Position numbers and translations under genes: made by a program. A stretch of 64,000 nucleotides of DNA, taken from Gemmatimonadales bacterium (lineage in GTDB: Bacteria; Gemmatimonadota; Gemmatimonadetes; Gemmatimonadales; GWC2-71-9). The notes beneath the pieces are model-generated. The model did no database searches, was not told the origin of the DNA, and worked only from the letters and a program-made list of their open reading frames with translations. Positions 1 through 9,149 of this stretch are shown here, piece after piece (the first letter of the stretch is position 1; each line of letters begins with the position of its first letter). The DNA lies in contig DATHKX010000073.1 in assembly GCA_035488835.1 (NCBI GenBank), positions 30,690 to 94,689 of the forward strand. The letters are read 5' to 3'.

Positions 1-177
1 TCGCCGCGCGACCGGGAGGTACTGCTGTTATGGGATTCGGGACTCTCGTACGAAGAGATCGCCGCGCAGACGGGACTGGCGCGCGGCGCGATCGGGACGA
101 CGCTGTCGCGGGCGCGCCGGCGGTTGGTGCAAGCCTACGAGGCGGGAAAGGCAGGTGAGCATGTCGCACGTGGATGA
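1..177 (+). CDS. ECF (sigma-70 family) sigma factor, C-terminal fragment; the 5' end lies outside the window
   Basis: Frame 1 reads ...REVLLLWDSGLSYEEIAAQTGLARGAIGTTLSRARRRLVQAYEAGK with stop TGA at 175-177. This is a region-4 HTH typical of ECF sigma factors. It overlaps the start of a zf-HC2 anti-sigma gene. Confidence 0.75.
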   Translation, partial: SPRDREVLLLWDSGLSYEEIAAQTGLARGAIGTTLSRARRRLVQAYEAGKAGEHVARG

Positions 178-1246
178 CGGCACACTGCACGCCTATCTCG
201 ACGGCGAGCTGTCGCCGGCGGAGGCGCGGGGCATCGACGCGCACCTCGCCCAGTGTCCCGCCTGCCGCGGGCGGTTCGACGAAGAGCGCGCGCTGATCAC
301 CCGCGCCGGGGAGCTGCTGGCGCTGGCCGCACCACCGGACCGCGAGCTGCCGCCGTTTCGAGCCGGTGACGTGAGGCCGCTCAACCGGCTGTGGTGGCAG
401 GTGCGGTTACCGCTCGCGTGGGCGGCGACCGTCGTCCTGGCGTTGGGAATCGGCTCCTACCTCGGCCGGGGGGTCGAACAGGTCCCGTATGCCCGGACGG
501 CACCGGACACGCAACCCGCGGAACTACGCGCCCTCCAGGCTCCGATCAGCTCCGACCGGGCACAGGGCGCATCCCGCGTGAAGCTGCGGGGCGCCGCCGG
601 GACGCCGCCCGCAGCTCAGCCGCCCGCGCCCGCCCCGGCAGGTCGCCAGGAGGCGGATGGCTTCGCACGGGAGCGCAAAGCGCAAGTGGCCGCCATGCCG
701 CGCGACACAGCGCTGAGCGCTCCCACCCCGGCCCCTGCGCCGCAGGCGGGTATGGCGATTTTCGTGGATGGCCAGTCCGTGTCGAAGGGATCTCCCATCA
801 GCGTCGACAGCGCGCGTGCGCTACTCGGAGCCGATCCCCTCGCGGTCCCCGGTGCACCGATCCGCACGATCTACCGGGCACGCGAAATCGGCTACTCGGC
901 AGTCGTGATCGTCGAGCAAGCGCTCGATTCGAGCACGGTGATCGAGGTGGTGACCGGGCGCCGGTCCCCGTTAGCCCTCGACGAGATCGTTGTCACGGGG
1001 GCGGGGTCCGTGGCAGCACGACCGGACAACGTGGGCGCCGCCGAGCGGGCGCGGGTCGATCGCGCGCGAGTCGCCGATTCGTTCGCCGCGGCTCCGGCCG
1101 CAAAGACGAGCGCCCGACTGGCACCCGTCGAGACGCAGAACCGATTGCTGCGACACCTCGCCGACCTGGAAGTTCGAATCTCGGGCCCGCTGCCGAGCGA
1201 CTCCCTGCAGAAGCTGCTGTGGCTCGTCCAGCCGGTGAAGCCCTAG
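155..1246 (+). CDS. Anti-sigma factor, zf-HC2 type, single-pass membrane protein
   Basis: The N-terminus HAYLDGELSPAEARGIDAHLAQCPACRGRF carries the H-x3-C-x2-C zinc motif. A TM helix follows (LWWQVRLPLAWAATVVLALGIGSYL), then an Ala/Pro-rich extracytoplasmic part. Start is GTG 155 or ATG 161. It overlaps the sigma gene stop. Confidence 0.8.
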   Translation: MSMSHVDDGTLHAYLDGELSPAEARGIDAHLAQCPACRGRFDEERALITRAGELLALAAPPDRELPPFRAGDVRPLNRLWWQVRLPLAWAATVVLALGIGSYLGRGVEQVPYARTAPDTQPAELRALQAPISSDRAQGASRVKLRGAAGTPPAAQPPAPAPAGRQEADGFARERKAQVAAMPRDTALSAPTPAPAPQAGMAIFVDGQSVSKGSPISVDSARALLGADPLAVPGAPIRTIYRAREIGYSAVVIVEQALDSSTVIEVVTGRRSPLALDEIVVTGAGSVAARPDNVGAAERARVDRARVADSFAAAPAAKTSARLAPVETQNRLLRHLADLEVRISGPLPSDSLQKLLWLVQPVKP

Positions 1247-1636
1247 CTACGGCTGGACCGTGATCGTCCCGTGCATGCCGGTCGGCGGAGTGCCGTTCGC
1301 GCCGTGATTCTTGCAATAGAAGTTGTACGTGCCGGCGGTCATGAACTGGTGGGAGACCGTCCCCGTCGCGAGGGCCAGGTCATAGGTGTCCGCCGACCCG
1401 GTCGCGCTCGTGACGGTGTGAGCGCCGCCACCCCCGTTCTCCCATGTCACCGTGGTCCCCGCCGCCACAGTGAGAGTCGCAGGGCTGAACTGCAGACTCG
1501 CGGTCGTACAAATCTTCGCCGAGGTCGGCGTGCAACCGCCCCCGCCTCCCCCGTACGGCGACGTCGAACCGCCACATGCGGCGAGCAGCAGGGCTCCCGC
1601 TGCCCCTAGTGCCAGAGTGATTACGCTCGACCGCAT
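1247..1636 (-). CDS. Cupredoxin (type-1 blue copper) lipoprotein, auracyanin/plastocyanin-like
   Basis: Internal ATG of ORF 1247..1909, preceded by GGAGG. Signal peptide with lipobox LLAAC, then a Gly-rich linker. Copper ligand pattern: His in GGGGAHTVT, and C-x2-H...M in FYCKNHGANGTPPTGMHG. Confidence 0.8.
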   Translation of the reverse strand: MRSSVITLALGAAGALLLAACGGSTSPYGGGGGGCTPTSAKICTTASLQFSPATLTVAAGTTVTWENGGGGAHTVTSATGSADTYDLALATGTVSHQFMTAGTYNFYCKNHGANGTPPTGMHGTITVQP

Positions 1637-1760
1637 GGAACCTCCGGGGTGGTGCGTGGGACGGCGACCGGCTGTATGACCGGTGTTTACTACACTTAGA
1701 AGCACCCGAGGGGTGGTCCCGAGAACTGTCAGAGAATGATGAAGAGCCCCGGATCGAGCG

Positions 1761-2972
1761 CTAGTGGCGCTCGCGCTCCAGCGTGTCGGCCGCGAGCCGA
1801 GGTGAGAGCATCGGGTAGCGGGCCCCGAACCAGCCGAACGAAAGCAGGAACAGCCCACCGAACAGCAGGGTGACGCCGATCTCGGGGAGACCGATCGCCG
1901 GTCCGGCACCGCCGTTGATCGAAGGAACGATCTCGAGATAGCGCTCGAGCCAGATGCCGGTGAGGCTCACGAGGGCGAGCGTCACGAGCGCGGGTGGATA
2001 CTTCTTTGGCCTGACGCCGAGCAGGCCGATGAATGGCACGACGAACACCAGCAGGAACACGGCCACGCCGATCGGCTTCCACGGGCCGAACAGCCGGTAG
2101 AAGATGAAGAACGTCTCCTCGGGCAGGTTGCCGTACCAGATCACCAGGAACTGCGACCACATGAGATAGGCCCAAAACACGCTGAAGCCGAAGCACAGCT
2201 TGGCCAGATCGTGCTGCTGCTTGGCGGAGAACAGTCCGTCGAGTCCCATCCGGCGCCTCACCGCGAGCACCAAGACCGCGAGCGCCATCAGCGCGGCGAG
2301 GAAGCTCCCCATGAAGTAGAACGCCCCGTACAGGTTGCTCACCCACTTGTGGGCGAGCGACATGACGAGCTCGAACGCCAGCAAGCTGTACCCGAAGGCG
2401 TAGCCGACCACGAGCAACGCGGCCTCGCGCATGATCGCGTCCCGGCCTTCGAGCCGGTCGGCGGGCCGCCCGTCGGCGAGCTCGCGGATGTCCGGCGCCA
2501 GGTCGTGCCGCACGAAGCGCCACGACAGCCAGGCGAGGAGCAGGTAGATCAGGCCGTTCCGCACGAAGAAGAACTTGGCCGTGAGCCAGGCGCCCAGGTC
2601 GGGACGCGGCTCGTGCAGCCAGCTGAAGATGTGCGCCCGGCCCACGATCAGCCCCAGATACAGCACCAGCGCGACCCAGAGGAACGCGGCCGCGGCTTCG
2701 GCGAGGCGGATGACGAGCCCCGACCAGTGTCCCTTGGCGAGCTTCTGAGTCGCGGCGAAGACCACCAGTGCCTGCGCCAGCCCGGTCCAGAACATGAAGT
2801 TGACGTGCCAGGCCTGCCACGCGCGCGGCGCTCCGCCCGCCGCGAGTACCCACAGGAACGCGGCCCCTCCGGCGACGGCCAGCAGCGTCCCCCACAGGGT
2901 GAACGCGCCCGCCGGGAACTGGCGCGCCTTCTGGACCAGCTCCGACCGCGGGACGGCCGCGACCGCGCTCAT
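1761..2972 (-). CDS. actF: Alternative complex III subunit ActF (second NrfD-like polytopic membrane subunit)
   Basis: ATG at residue 91 of ORF 1761..3242 (MSAVAAVPRSELVQK...). The protein is polytopic and hydrophobic. It is the last gene of the actABCDEF order, and its start overlaps the actE stop (2969). Confidence 0.8.
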   Translation of the reverse strand: MSAVAAVPRSELVQKARQFPAGAFTLWGTLLAVAGGAAFLWVLAAGGAPRAWQAWHVNFMFWTGLAQALVVFAATQKLAKGHWSGLVIRLAEAAAAFLWVALVLYLGLIVGRAHIFSWLHEPRPDLGAWLTAKFFFVRNGLIYLLLAWLSWRFVRHDLAPDIRELADGRPADRLEGRDAIMREAALLVVGYAFGYSLLAFELVMSLAHKWVSNLYGAFYFMGSFLAALMALAVLVLAVRRRMGLDGLFSAKQQHDLAKLCFGFSVFWAYLMWSQFLVIWYGNLPEETFFIFYRLFGPWKPIGVAVFLLVFVVPFIGLLGVRPKKYPPALVTLALVSLTGIWLERYLEIVPSINGGAGPAIGLPEIGVTLLFGGLFLLSFGWFGARYPMLSPRLAADTLERERH

Positions 2973-3517
2973 CGTCTCCCCCGCGAGCTCACCGCCCCGG
3001 CCTGCAGCGTGCGCACGTAATTCACGACGTCCCAGCGATCGGTGCCGCGGACCTTGTCTCCGTAGATGGGCATGAGCCCCCGGCCCATCACCTGGCCGCT
3101 GACGATCACCGCATAGAGGTAGCCGTCCGTGCGCCGGGCGATCGTGTCGTTCACGAGGGAGCGCACCCCGAAGAAGGGCCCCCCCGCTGCTGACGAGATC
3201 GGGCCGTCCCCCCGGCCCGTCGGGCCGTGGCAGACGAGACAATACGTTTCGTAAACGAACCGCCCGCGGTTGATCGACTCCGACGTGCGGGTTCGCGGAT
3301 TCGCGAGCCGGTCGGCCGTCTGCAAGCTCATGAGCGGCTCCCCACCGGTCACCGGCACGGTGCCCGGGACGGGTGGGATGGGCCGCGCGTACGGCTTGAT
3401 GCTGCGCTGATGCCGCATGGTCGAGAACCAGCCGACGCGGTGCACCACGTCGTCCGGGTTGCAGGCGAGGGCGGCGAGAGCGGCGAGCGCGCCGAGCGCG
3501 GCACGCGGTCTACGCAC
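2969..3517 (-). CDS. actE: Alternative complex III subunit ActE, monohaem cytochrome c lipoprotein
   Basis: GTG start preceded by GGAGGAGG. Signal with lipobox-like LAALAALAC. A single CxxCH (CLVCHGPTGRGDG). Position between actD and actF. Confidence 0.8.
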   Translation of the reverse strand: MRRPRAALGALAALAALACNPDDVVHRVGWFSTMRHQRSIKPYARPIPPVPGTVPVTGGEPLMSLQTADRLANPRTRTSESINRGRFVYETYCLVCHGPTGRGDGPISSAAGGPFFGVRSLVNDTIARRTDGYLYAVIVSGQVMGRGLMPIYGDKVRGTDRWDVVNYVRTLQAGAVSSRGRR

Positions 3518-4055
3518 GGCGCACCTCCTCCGCGCCCGCGCCGCGGAGCAACGATTCGACTTGACCCGCCTGCGCCGGCTCGGCCGGGACGAAGATGCCG
3601 AACTTGTCGTTCGTGAAGCGGGGATCGTAGGCCACCGTCCCCAGCCGCCGCGCGGCGAACAGCGCGTTGAACGCGATGCCAAGAATCGTCGAGAGCGCGC
3701 CGAACAGGATCGTCATTTCGAACATGATGACGACGTACGGCGGGATCGAGCCAATCGGTTTGCCGCCCACCACGAGGGGCCAATCGTACGACATGTATAG
3801 CGTGAGCCAGGCGCCGATCGCGCAACCCGCTATCCCGCCGATCAGCGTGAACATCCGAACGGGGCTCACCGGCTGTTCCAGCGCGTCCTCGATCTCGTGC
3901 CGGGGAATCGGCGAGTACACGGTGAAGTCGGTATGCCCCCCCCGGCGCAGCTGGCCGATCGCGTCGACCGTCGCGTCGAGGTGACCGAACACGGCCAGTA
4001 CGCCCGGCGTCGGCGGCGGGTGGAAGATCGCGGCCAGCGGGTTCGCGAGTTTCAC
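3510..4055 (-). CDS. actD: Alternative complex III subunit ActD (small membrane subunit)
   Basis: GTG start forms a GTGA overlap with the actC stop. Sequence VKLANPLAAIF...GVLAVFGHLDATVDAIGQLRRGGH, followed by two TM helices. Operon position supports the call. Confidence 0.72.
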   Translation of the reverse strand: MKLANPLAAIFHPPPTPGVLAVFGHLDATVDAIGQLRRGGHTDFTVYSPIPRHEIEDALEQPVSPVRMFTLIGGIAGCAIGAWLTLYMSYDWPLVVGGKPIGSIPPYVVIMFEMTILFGALSTILGIAFNALFAARRLGTVAYDPRFTNDKFGIFVPAEPAQAGQVESLLRGAGAEEVRRA

Positions 4056-5401
4056 GACGCCCTCGCCTTTCCGCGCTGCGGGGCGGGCAGGACCTCTTTC
4101 ACCTCCGAGATCGACACCGCCGGGAAGTTCTTCACGAACAACAGGAACCACATGAAGAACCAGCCGAAGCTCCCCGCCATGATGCCCCAGTCGGCCCACG
4201 TCGGGTTATAGGTCGCGTTGGCGAACCGCTCGAACGGCTCGCCGGCGAGCGACTCGACGATGATCACGAAGCGTTCGAACCACATCCCGACGTTCACGAA
4301 AATCGAGATCACGAACAGGGCCTGGATGCTGGTCCGGATGTTCTTGCGCCACAACAGCAGGGGCAGGAACGCGTTGCAGATGATCATCGTCCAGCTCGCC
4401 CACCAGAAGGGGCCGAACGCCCGGTACCAGAACGCGGCCCGCTCGGCGGCGTGACCGCCGAACCACGCCGTGAAATACTCCACGCAGTAGGCGTAGCCCA
4501 CGATCATTCCGGTGAGCAGGCAGAGCTTCGCGAGATTCTCGAAGTGATGAACGGTGATGAGGTCTTCCAGGTGAAACAGTTTCCGGATCGGCACGAGGAG
4601 CGTGATGACCATGGCGACGCCCGAGTAGATCGCGCCCGCGACGAAGTACGGGGCGAAGATCGTCGCGTGCCAGCCCGGCACGATGGCCATCGCGAAGTCC
4701 CAGGACACGACGCTGTGCACCGAGAGCACGAGCGGCGTCGCGAGCGCGGCGAGGTAGAGATAGCCGCGGGTGTAGTGCCGCCATTGCTCATTGGTCCCGC
4801 GCCACCCGAGGGAGGTGATCGCGTACAGCTTCTTGCGCCACCCGGTGGCTACGTCGCGCACCGCCGCGATATCGGGGATCAGGCCCATGATCAGGAACAC
4901 CGTCGAGACGGTGAAATAGGTCCCGATCGCGAATTCGTCCCAGATGAGCGGCGATTTGAAGTTGGGCCACAGGCCGCGCTCGTTGGGATACGGGATCAGC
5001 CAGTAGAAGTACCACTGACGGCCGATGTGAATCAGCGGAAACAGGCCGGCCGTCATCACCGCGAAGACCGTCATCGCCTCGGCCGTGCGGTACACGGCAG
5101 TCCGCCAGCCCGAGCGGAACAGGAAGAGGATCGCCGAAATCAGCGTGCCCGAGTGGGCGATGCCCACCCAGAACACGAAGCACGTGATGTAGACCGCCCA
5201 GTACACCGGATGCGAGTAGCCCGCGAGCCCCAGTCCGTAGCGCAGCAGGAACAACAGGCACACGACGCCCACACCGAGCAACGCGACCGCCAGGGCGAGC
5301 AGGGCGAAGTAGCCCTTGCCCGGATTGCCCAGGGTGCGCGCGATGGTGCGCGTGACGAAGTCGTACGTGACGCCGGTGCGCGGGGCGGACGTGTCGGCCA
5401 T
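4052..5401 (-). CDS. actC: Alternative complex III subunit ActC (NrfD/PsrC-like quinol-interacting membrane subunit)
   Basis: 449-aa polytopic protein with NrfD-like character (WAVYITCFVFWVGIAHSGTLISAILF...). It lies immediately downstream of actB. Confidence 0.9.
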   Translation of the reverse strand: MADTSAPRTGVTYDFVTRTIARTLGNPGKGYFALLALAVALLGVGVVCLLFLLRYGLGLAGYSHPVYWAVYITCFVFWVGIAHSGTLISAILFLFRSGWRTAVYRTAEAMTVFAVMTAGLFPLIHIGRQWYFYWLIPYPNERGLWPNFKSPLIWDEFAIGTYFTVSTVFLIMGLIPDIAAVRDVATGWRKKLYAITSLGWRGTNEQWRHYTRGYLYLAALATPLVLSVHSVVSWDFAMAIVPGWHATIFAPYFVAGAIYSGVAMVITLLVPIRKLFHLEDLITVHHFENLAKLCLLTGMIVGYAYCVEYFTAWFGGHAAERAAFWYRAFGPFWWASWTMIICNAFLPLLLWRKNIRTSIQALFVISIFVNVGMWFERFVIIVESLAGEPFERFANATYNPTWADWGIMAGSFGWFFMWFLLFVKNFPAVSISEVKEVLPAPQRGKARAS

Positions 5402-5405
5402 CGCC

Positions 5406-8390
5406 TCAGGCCTCCGCCAGGTCGCCGTGCACGACCTTCGCGAGGTACGTGACGGCCGGTTGGGTGTTCAGTCCCGCGAGGACGTGGTAGCCGCGGGGGT
5501 CCTGGGCAAGCGCCGCGACGCGCGACGTCTTGTCGTGCAAGTCGCCGAACACGATCGCCTCCGACGGACAGGCCTGCGCGCACGAGGGCGTGATGTCGCC
5601 ATCCTGCACGTTGCGATCCTCGAGGCGCGCCCGGTTCTGCGCGCCGCGGATCCGCTGCACACAGAAGGTGCACTTCTCCATCACGCCCTTCTCCCGCACC
5701 GTGACATCCGGGTTGAGCAGCATGTTCAGCGGGTCCGGCCAACTCTCCCACTCGCCGCCTTGCTCCGCGTAGTTGTACCAGTTGAAGTAGCGGACCTTGT
5801 AGGGACAGTTGTTGGCGCAGTAGCGTGTCCCGACGCAGCGATTGTAGACCTGGCCGTTCAGGCCATCGGGCGTGTGGTAAGCGGCGTACACCGGACACAC
5901 CGGCTCACACGGCGCGTTGCCGCACTGCTGGCACAGCATCGGCGTCACCACGGCGCCCACGGGATGACCCTCGTCGCCGCCGGTGTAGTAGCGCTCGATC
6001 CGGAGCCAGCTCATCTGGCGGCGGCGACTCACCAGCTCCTCGCCCACGGTCGCGAGGTTGTTCTCGGCATAGCATGCCGTCACGCAGGCGGAGCAGCCGG
6101 TGCACTTCGCGAGATCGATCGCCATCGCCCAGCGCGGATGCTCGCCGGCGTAGTTCCCGAGCGACGCCTTCTCGTGCTGCGCCTCCGCCCACGCGTCCAG
6201 CGCCTTGCGGGCGTAGGCCGGCGTCTCCTCCTCCGCGAATGGATGGGCTCCGCGCTTCAGCTCCCGCGCTTTGGCGAGCGGCAGTACTTCGATGATGCCC
6301 CGCCCCTGCTCGCGCGCGTCGCCTTCGACCGTCGCGAGGCGGCGATGCTCGCCGGTCTTCTTGACGGTGACGCCGACGGCGAAGGCGCGCCCGCCGAAGT
6401 CCGCGGGCTTGTCGGACAGGAGCTCGAACGCGTTGAACGAGCGATCCTTGGCATAGCGCCCGTACGCCTTGTGACCCTGCCCGCTCGGCATCGCGAGCAC
6501 GTCGGGTCGCACGCCCGGGGTGATCCACACCGGTGCGCGCACGGCGCCGTACTCAGACTCGAGGAGCAGGATGTCCCCATTGGCGAGCTGCGACTTCGCC
6601 GCGGTCTCCGGATGCACCTCCACCCACCCGTGCCACGTGATTTTCGACACCGGGTCTGGGAGCTCCTGCAACCACGGCTTGTTGGCGCCCCGGCCGTCGT
6701 GGAGCGCGATCGACGGGAAGACGATCAGGAGGTGCTGCTCCGATGCGCCTCCCGCGCCGGCCAAGCCGCCGAGCAGCTGCGCGATTCCGGGAACGAGTCG
6801 CGCGCTCTGCGCCGGCGCGTCGGCATACACTCCACCGCGCTGCACGGCGTCGCTCCAGAAGTCGTCGAACCCCCGGCCGCGGCCGAACCGCTCGTGCAGC
6901 GTCCGCCACCGGGTCTGCAGATACTCCTTGAAGCTGCTCGCGCTGCCGGAAACCTCGAGGAGCACGTCGCCGGTGTGGCGGGCGTTGGGAAACACAGGCT
7001 GCATCACCGGCTGTTGCAGCGCATAGACGCCGGCGCGCGGCCGCGAATCGTTCCACTGCTCGAGCGGGTGCAGGTCCGGCAGTACCAGGTCCGAAGCGGC
7101 AGCCGTCTCGTCCAGGTAGGACGAGAAGCTCACGCGGTAGCCCACCCGACCGAGTGCCTGGGAGAAGGCGGCCGGCAGGGAGTGTGCCGGATTCGCGCCA
7201 TGGACCAGCAGGAGTGCGACCTTCCCTGCGCTCATGTCCCCGACCAGGTCGGTCAATTGTTTGAACGATCCGGCCGCTTCGAGGGCGTGGTTGGGTCCGA
7301 ACTTGACGGTTTTCCCCACCTGCCCCGCCACATAGTTCAACAGATTCACCGACGCCACGAGGAGATGGGCGCCGCTCCCGTACTGCGTCGCCACCCCGCC
7401 CGCCACGGCCAGCCCGCCCTTCGACGCGGCAAACTCACGGGACAGGCGCCGGATATCGCTCACGTCCATGCCGAGGAAGGTGGCCGCCTGCTGGGGCGCG
7501 GGAAGCAGCCGCTCGAGGCCGCGCGCGTCCGCCGGCGTGGGGGCCAGCCGCTCCGCCAGGATGACCTGCGCCATGGCGAGGGCCAGCATGAACTCGCTCC
7601 CCGGCTTGGCCGCGATCCACTCGTCCGCACTCATCCCGGTGAGCGACAGGCGCGGGGCGACCGAGACGAATTTGGCCATCGAGCCGTCTCGTCCACCCTC
7701 GAAGGCGTGCGCGCGGGTGAACCCGTTCTGGTAGCCGACCGGCGAGAGCCAGGTCTCCATGAAATCGGCGCCGAAGGACACGATGTAGCGTGCGTTGGCG
7801 AAGTCGTACCAGGGGATCGCCGGGGTGCCGAACGCGAGGCGGTTGCCCTCGCGCAGCGCCTCGAAGGCGAACGGCTCATAGGTCACGTGGCGACCGCCGA
7901 GCTGTTTCATCCAGGTGTCGACGAGCTCGCCGAACGAGCCGCTCTCGAGCCCGGTGACGAACGCGATCCCCTTGCCGCGCGCCTCCTTCAGCTTCGCCTG
8001 CAGCCGACCGATCGCGTCCTCCCAGGAGAGCTTTTGCCACTCACCGCTCGGACCGCGGGCCATGGGATCGGTCACTCGATCGGGATTGTAGAGTCCCTGA
8101 AGCCCCGCCTGGCCGCGCGAGCAGAGCCGCCCCTGGTTGATCGGCGACTCCGGGTTGCCCTCGAGCTTCACCACGCGACCCTCGCGGACCTTGGCGTGCA
8201 ACCCGCAACCGGCCGCGCATTCGCGGCACGTGGTGGCGTAGTATGTGGCGATCCCGGGGACCTGGTTCTCCGGCGGGACCGTGTAGGGGACGAGGTGCTC
8301 GGTCGGCTCGGCGTGGATGTCGCACGCCGACGCCGCCGCGGCGGCGCCGCCCGTCGCGCCCAGGACTGTCAGGAACCGTCTGCGGTCCAT
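5406..8390 (-). CDS. actB: Alternative complex III subunit ActB (molybdopterin-oxidoreductase-like domain fused to a 4Fe-4S ferredoxin domain)
   Basis: Tat signal MDRRRFLTVLGATGGAAAAASA at residue 42 of ORF 5406..8513. N-terminal Cys cluster TCRECAAGCG...CSRG. C-terminal ferredoxin motifs CTGCSACVTAC, CQQCGNAPCEPVCP, CVGTRYCANNCPYK and CTFCVQR. Confidence 0.92.
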   Translation of the reverse strand: MDRRRFLTVLGATGGAAAAASACDIHAEPTEHLVPYTVPPENQVPGIATYYATTCRECAAGCGLHAKVREGRVVKLEGNPESPINQGRLCSRGQAGLQGLYNPDRVTDPMARGPSGEWQKLSWEDAIGRLQAKLKEARGKGIAFVTGLESGSFGELVDTWMKQLGGRHVTYEPFAFEALREGNRLAFGTPAIPWYDFANARYIVSFGADFMETWLSPVGYQNGFTRAHAFEGGRDGSMAKFVSVAPRLSLTGMSADEWIAAKPGSEFMLALAMAQVILAERLAPTPADARGLERLLPAPQQAATFLGMDVSDIRRLSREFAASKGGLAVAGGVATQYGSGAHLLVASVNLLNYVAGQVGKTVKFGPNHALEAAGSFKQLTDLVGDMSAGKVALLLVHGANPAHSLPAAFSQALGRVGYRVSFSSYLDETAAASDLVLPDLHPLEQWNDSRPRAGVYALQQPVMQPVFPNARHTGDVLLEVSGSASSFKEYLQTRWRTLHERFGRGRGFDDFWSDAVQRGGVYADAPAQSARLVPGIAQLLGGLAGAGGASEQHLLIVFPSIALHDGRGANKPWLQELPDPVSKITWHGWVEVHPETAAKSQLANGDILLLESEYGAVRAPVWITPGVRPDVLAMPSGQGHKAYGRYAKDRSFNAFELLSDKPADFGGRAFAVGVTVKKTGEHRRLATVEGDAREQGRGIIEVLPLAKARELKRGAHPFAEEETPAYARKALDAWAEAQHEKASLGNYAGEHPRWAMAIDLAKCTGCSACVTACYAENNLATVGEELVSRRRQMSWLRIERYYTGGDEGHPVGAVVTPMLCQQCGNAPCEPVCPVYAAYHTPDGLNGQVYNRCVGTRYCANNCPYKVRYFNWYNYAEQGGEWESWPDPLNMLLNPDVTVREKGVMEKCTFCVQRIRGAQNRARLEDRNVQDGDITPSCAQACPSEAIVFGDLHDKTSRVAALAQDPRGYHVLAGLNTQPAVTYLAKVVHGDLAEA

Positions 8391-8400
8391 CGGTCGGGCC

Positions 8401-9012
8401 TCAGTAGTGACACACGGTGCAGTCGCGCGTGACGTTGCGCTGCACGTGGCAGTTGACGCACCAGCCCATCGTGAGCGTGGCGACCTGGTATACCTGCGGC
8501 ATGGTGCGCACATCGCCGTGGCAGTTGATGCAGCTCTCGGTGCCCAAAATCTTGATGTGCCGCTGGTGCGGGAAGCGCACGAAGCCCGGAAGTGCGTGCA
8601 CGCGCGTCCACACGGGCGGCTGCTTGGTGGCCCACGCCTCGCGCACCTTCTTGATCTCGGCCATTTCGGCGCTCCGCGCGGCCGAATCCTGCGCGGGCGT
8701 CACGCTCCCGCCGAGCGGCCGCTTTCCCCCGCCAATAATCTGATGACAGCCGAAGCAGGTCTGTACCGCGGGAATCCCCGGCTCGCTCGAGATGGTCACG
8801 GTGTTGTGACAGTACAAGCAGGGGATCTGGTCCTGACCGGCGTGGACGTCGTGACGAAAGAAGATGGGCTGGCGGGGACCCTTGAGCCGCCCCGTGTCGC
8901 TGATGACGGGAGCCTTGTAGCCAGACGCAGAACCGGTTTGTGCCGCGACCGGGAAGGCGATCGACAGTGCGATCGCGACGCCGGCCCCGACCCTCCCACT
9001 CCTCTTCGTCAT
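8401..9012 (-). CDS. actA: Alternative complex III subunit ActA, pentahaem cytochrome c
   Basis: Signal peptide, then five CxxCH motifs: CLYCH, CFGCH, CINCH, CVNCH, CTVCH. First gene of the act operon. Confidence 0.92.
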   Translation of the reverse strand: MTKRSGRVGAGVAIALSIAFPVAAQTGSASGYKAPVISDTGRLKGPRQPIFFRHDVHAGQDQIPCLYCHNTVTISSEPGIPAVQTCFGCHQIIGGGKRPLGGSVTPAQDSAARSAEMAEIKKVREAWATKQPPVWTRVHALPGFVRFPHQRHIKILGTESCINCHGDVRTMPQVYQVATLTMGWCVNCHVQRNVTRDCTVCHY

Positions 9013-9103
9013 CCAGAGCGCTCGATGGCGAATGGTATCGGTCTGTGTTGTGAAACGGCTTGCGGGCGCCGGAATGTAGCGCCAGCGCTAAACGGGGCAC
9101 AAG

Positions 9104-9137
9104 CCCTGCACGCGCAGGGGCACAGCATGCTGCGCCC
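9104..9137 (-). terminator. Two adjacent GC-rich hairpins downstream of the 9150 stop; possible terminator and/or act-operon operator
   Basis: CCCTGC-acgc-GCAGGG (9104-9119) is a perfect 6-bp stem. GGGCaCAGCATGCTGcGCCC (9118-9137) is a 20-nt near-palindrome. No clear T-tract follows. Confidence 0.35.
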
Positions 9138-9149
9138 GTACCACACCGG

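Noticed and set aside
5316-8432. 1038-aa plus-strand ORF, plus similar long ORFs at 60142..62754, 36459..38270, 40402..42459, 62237..63979 and 1729..2895
   Set aside because: Each lies antisense to a gene with clear family motifs (actB, the acyl-CoA dehydrogenase, the propeller/phosphoesterase, the histidine kinase, the M20 peptidase, actF). Their translations are Arg/Ala/Pro/Gly-rich low-complexity sequence. They are typical stop-codon-poor shadow frames of high-GC DNA.
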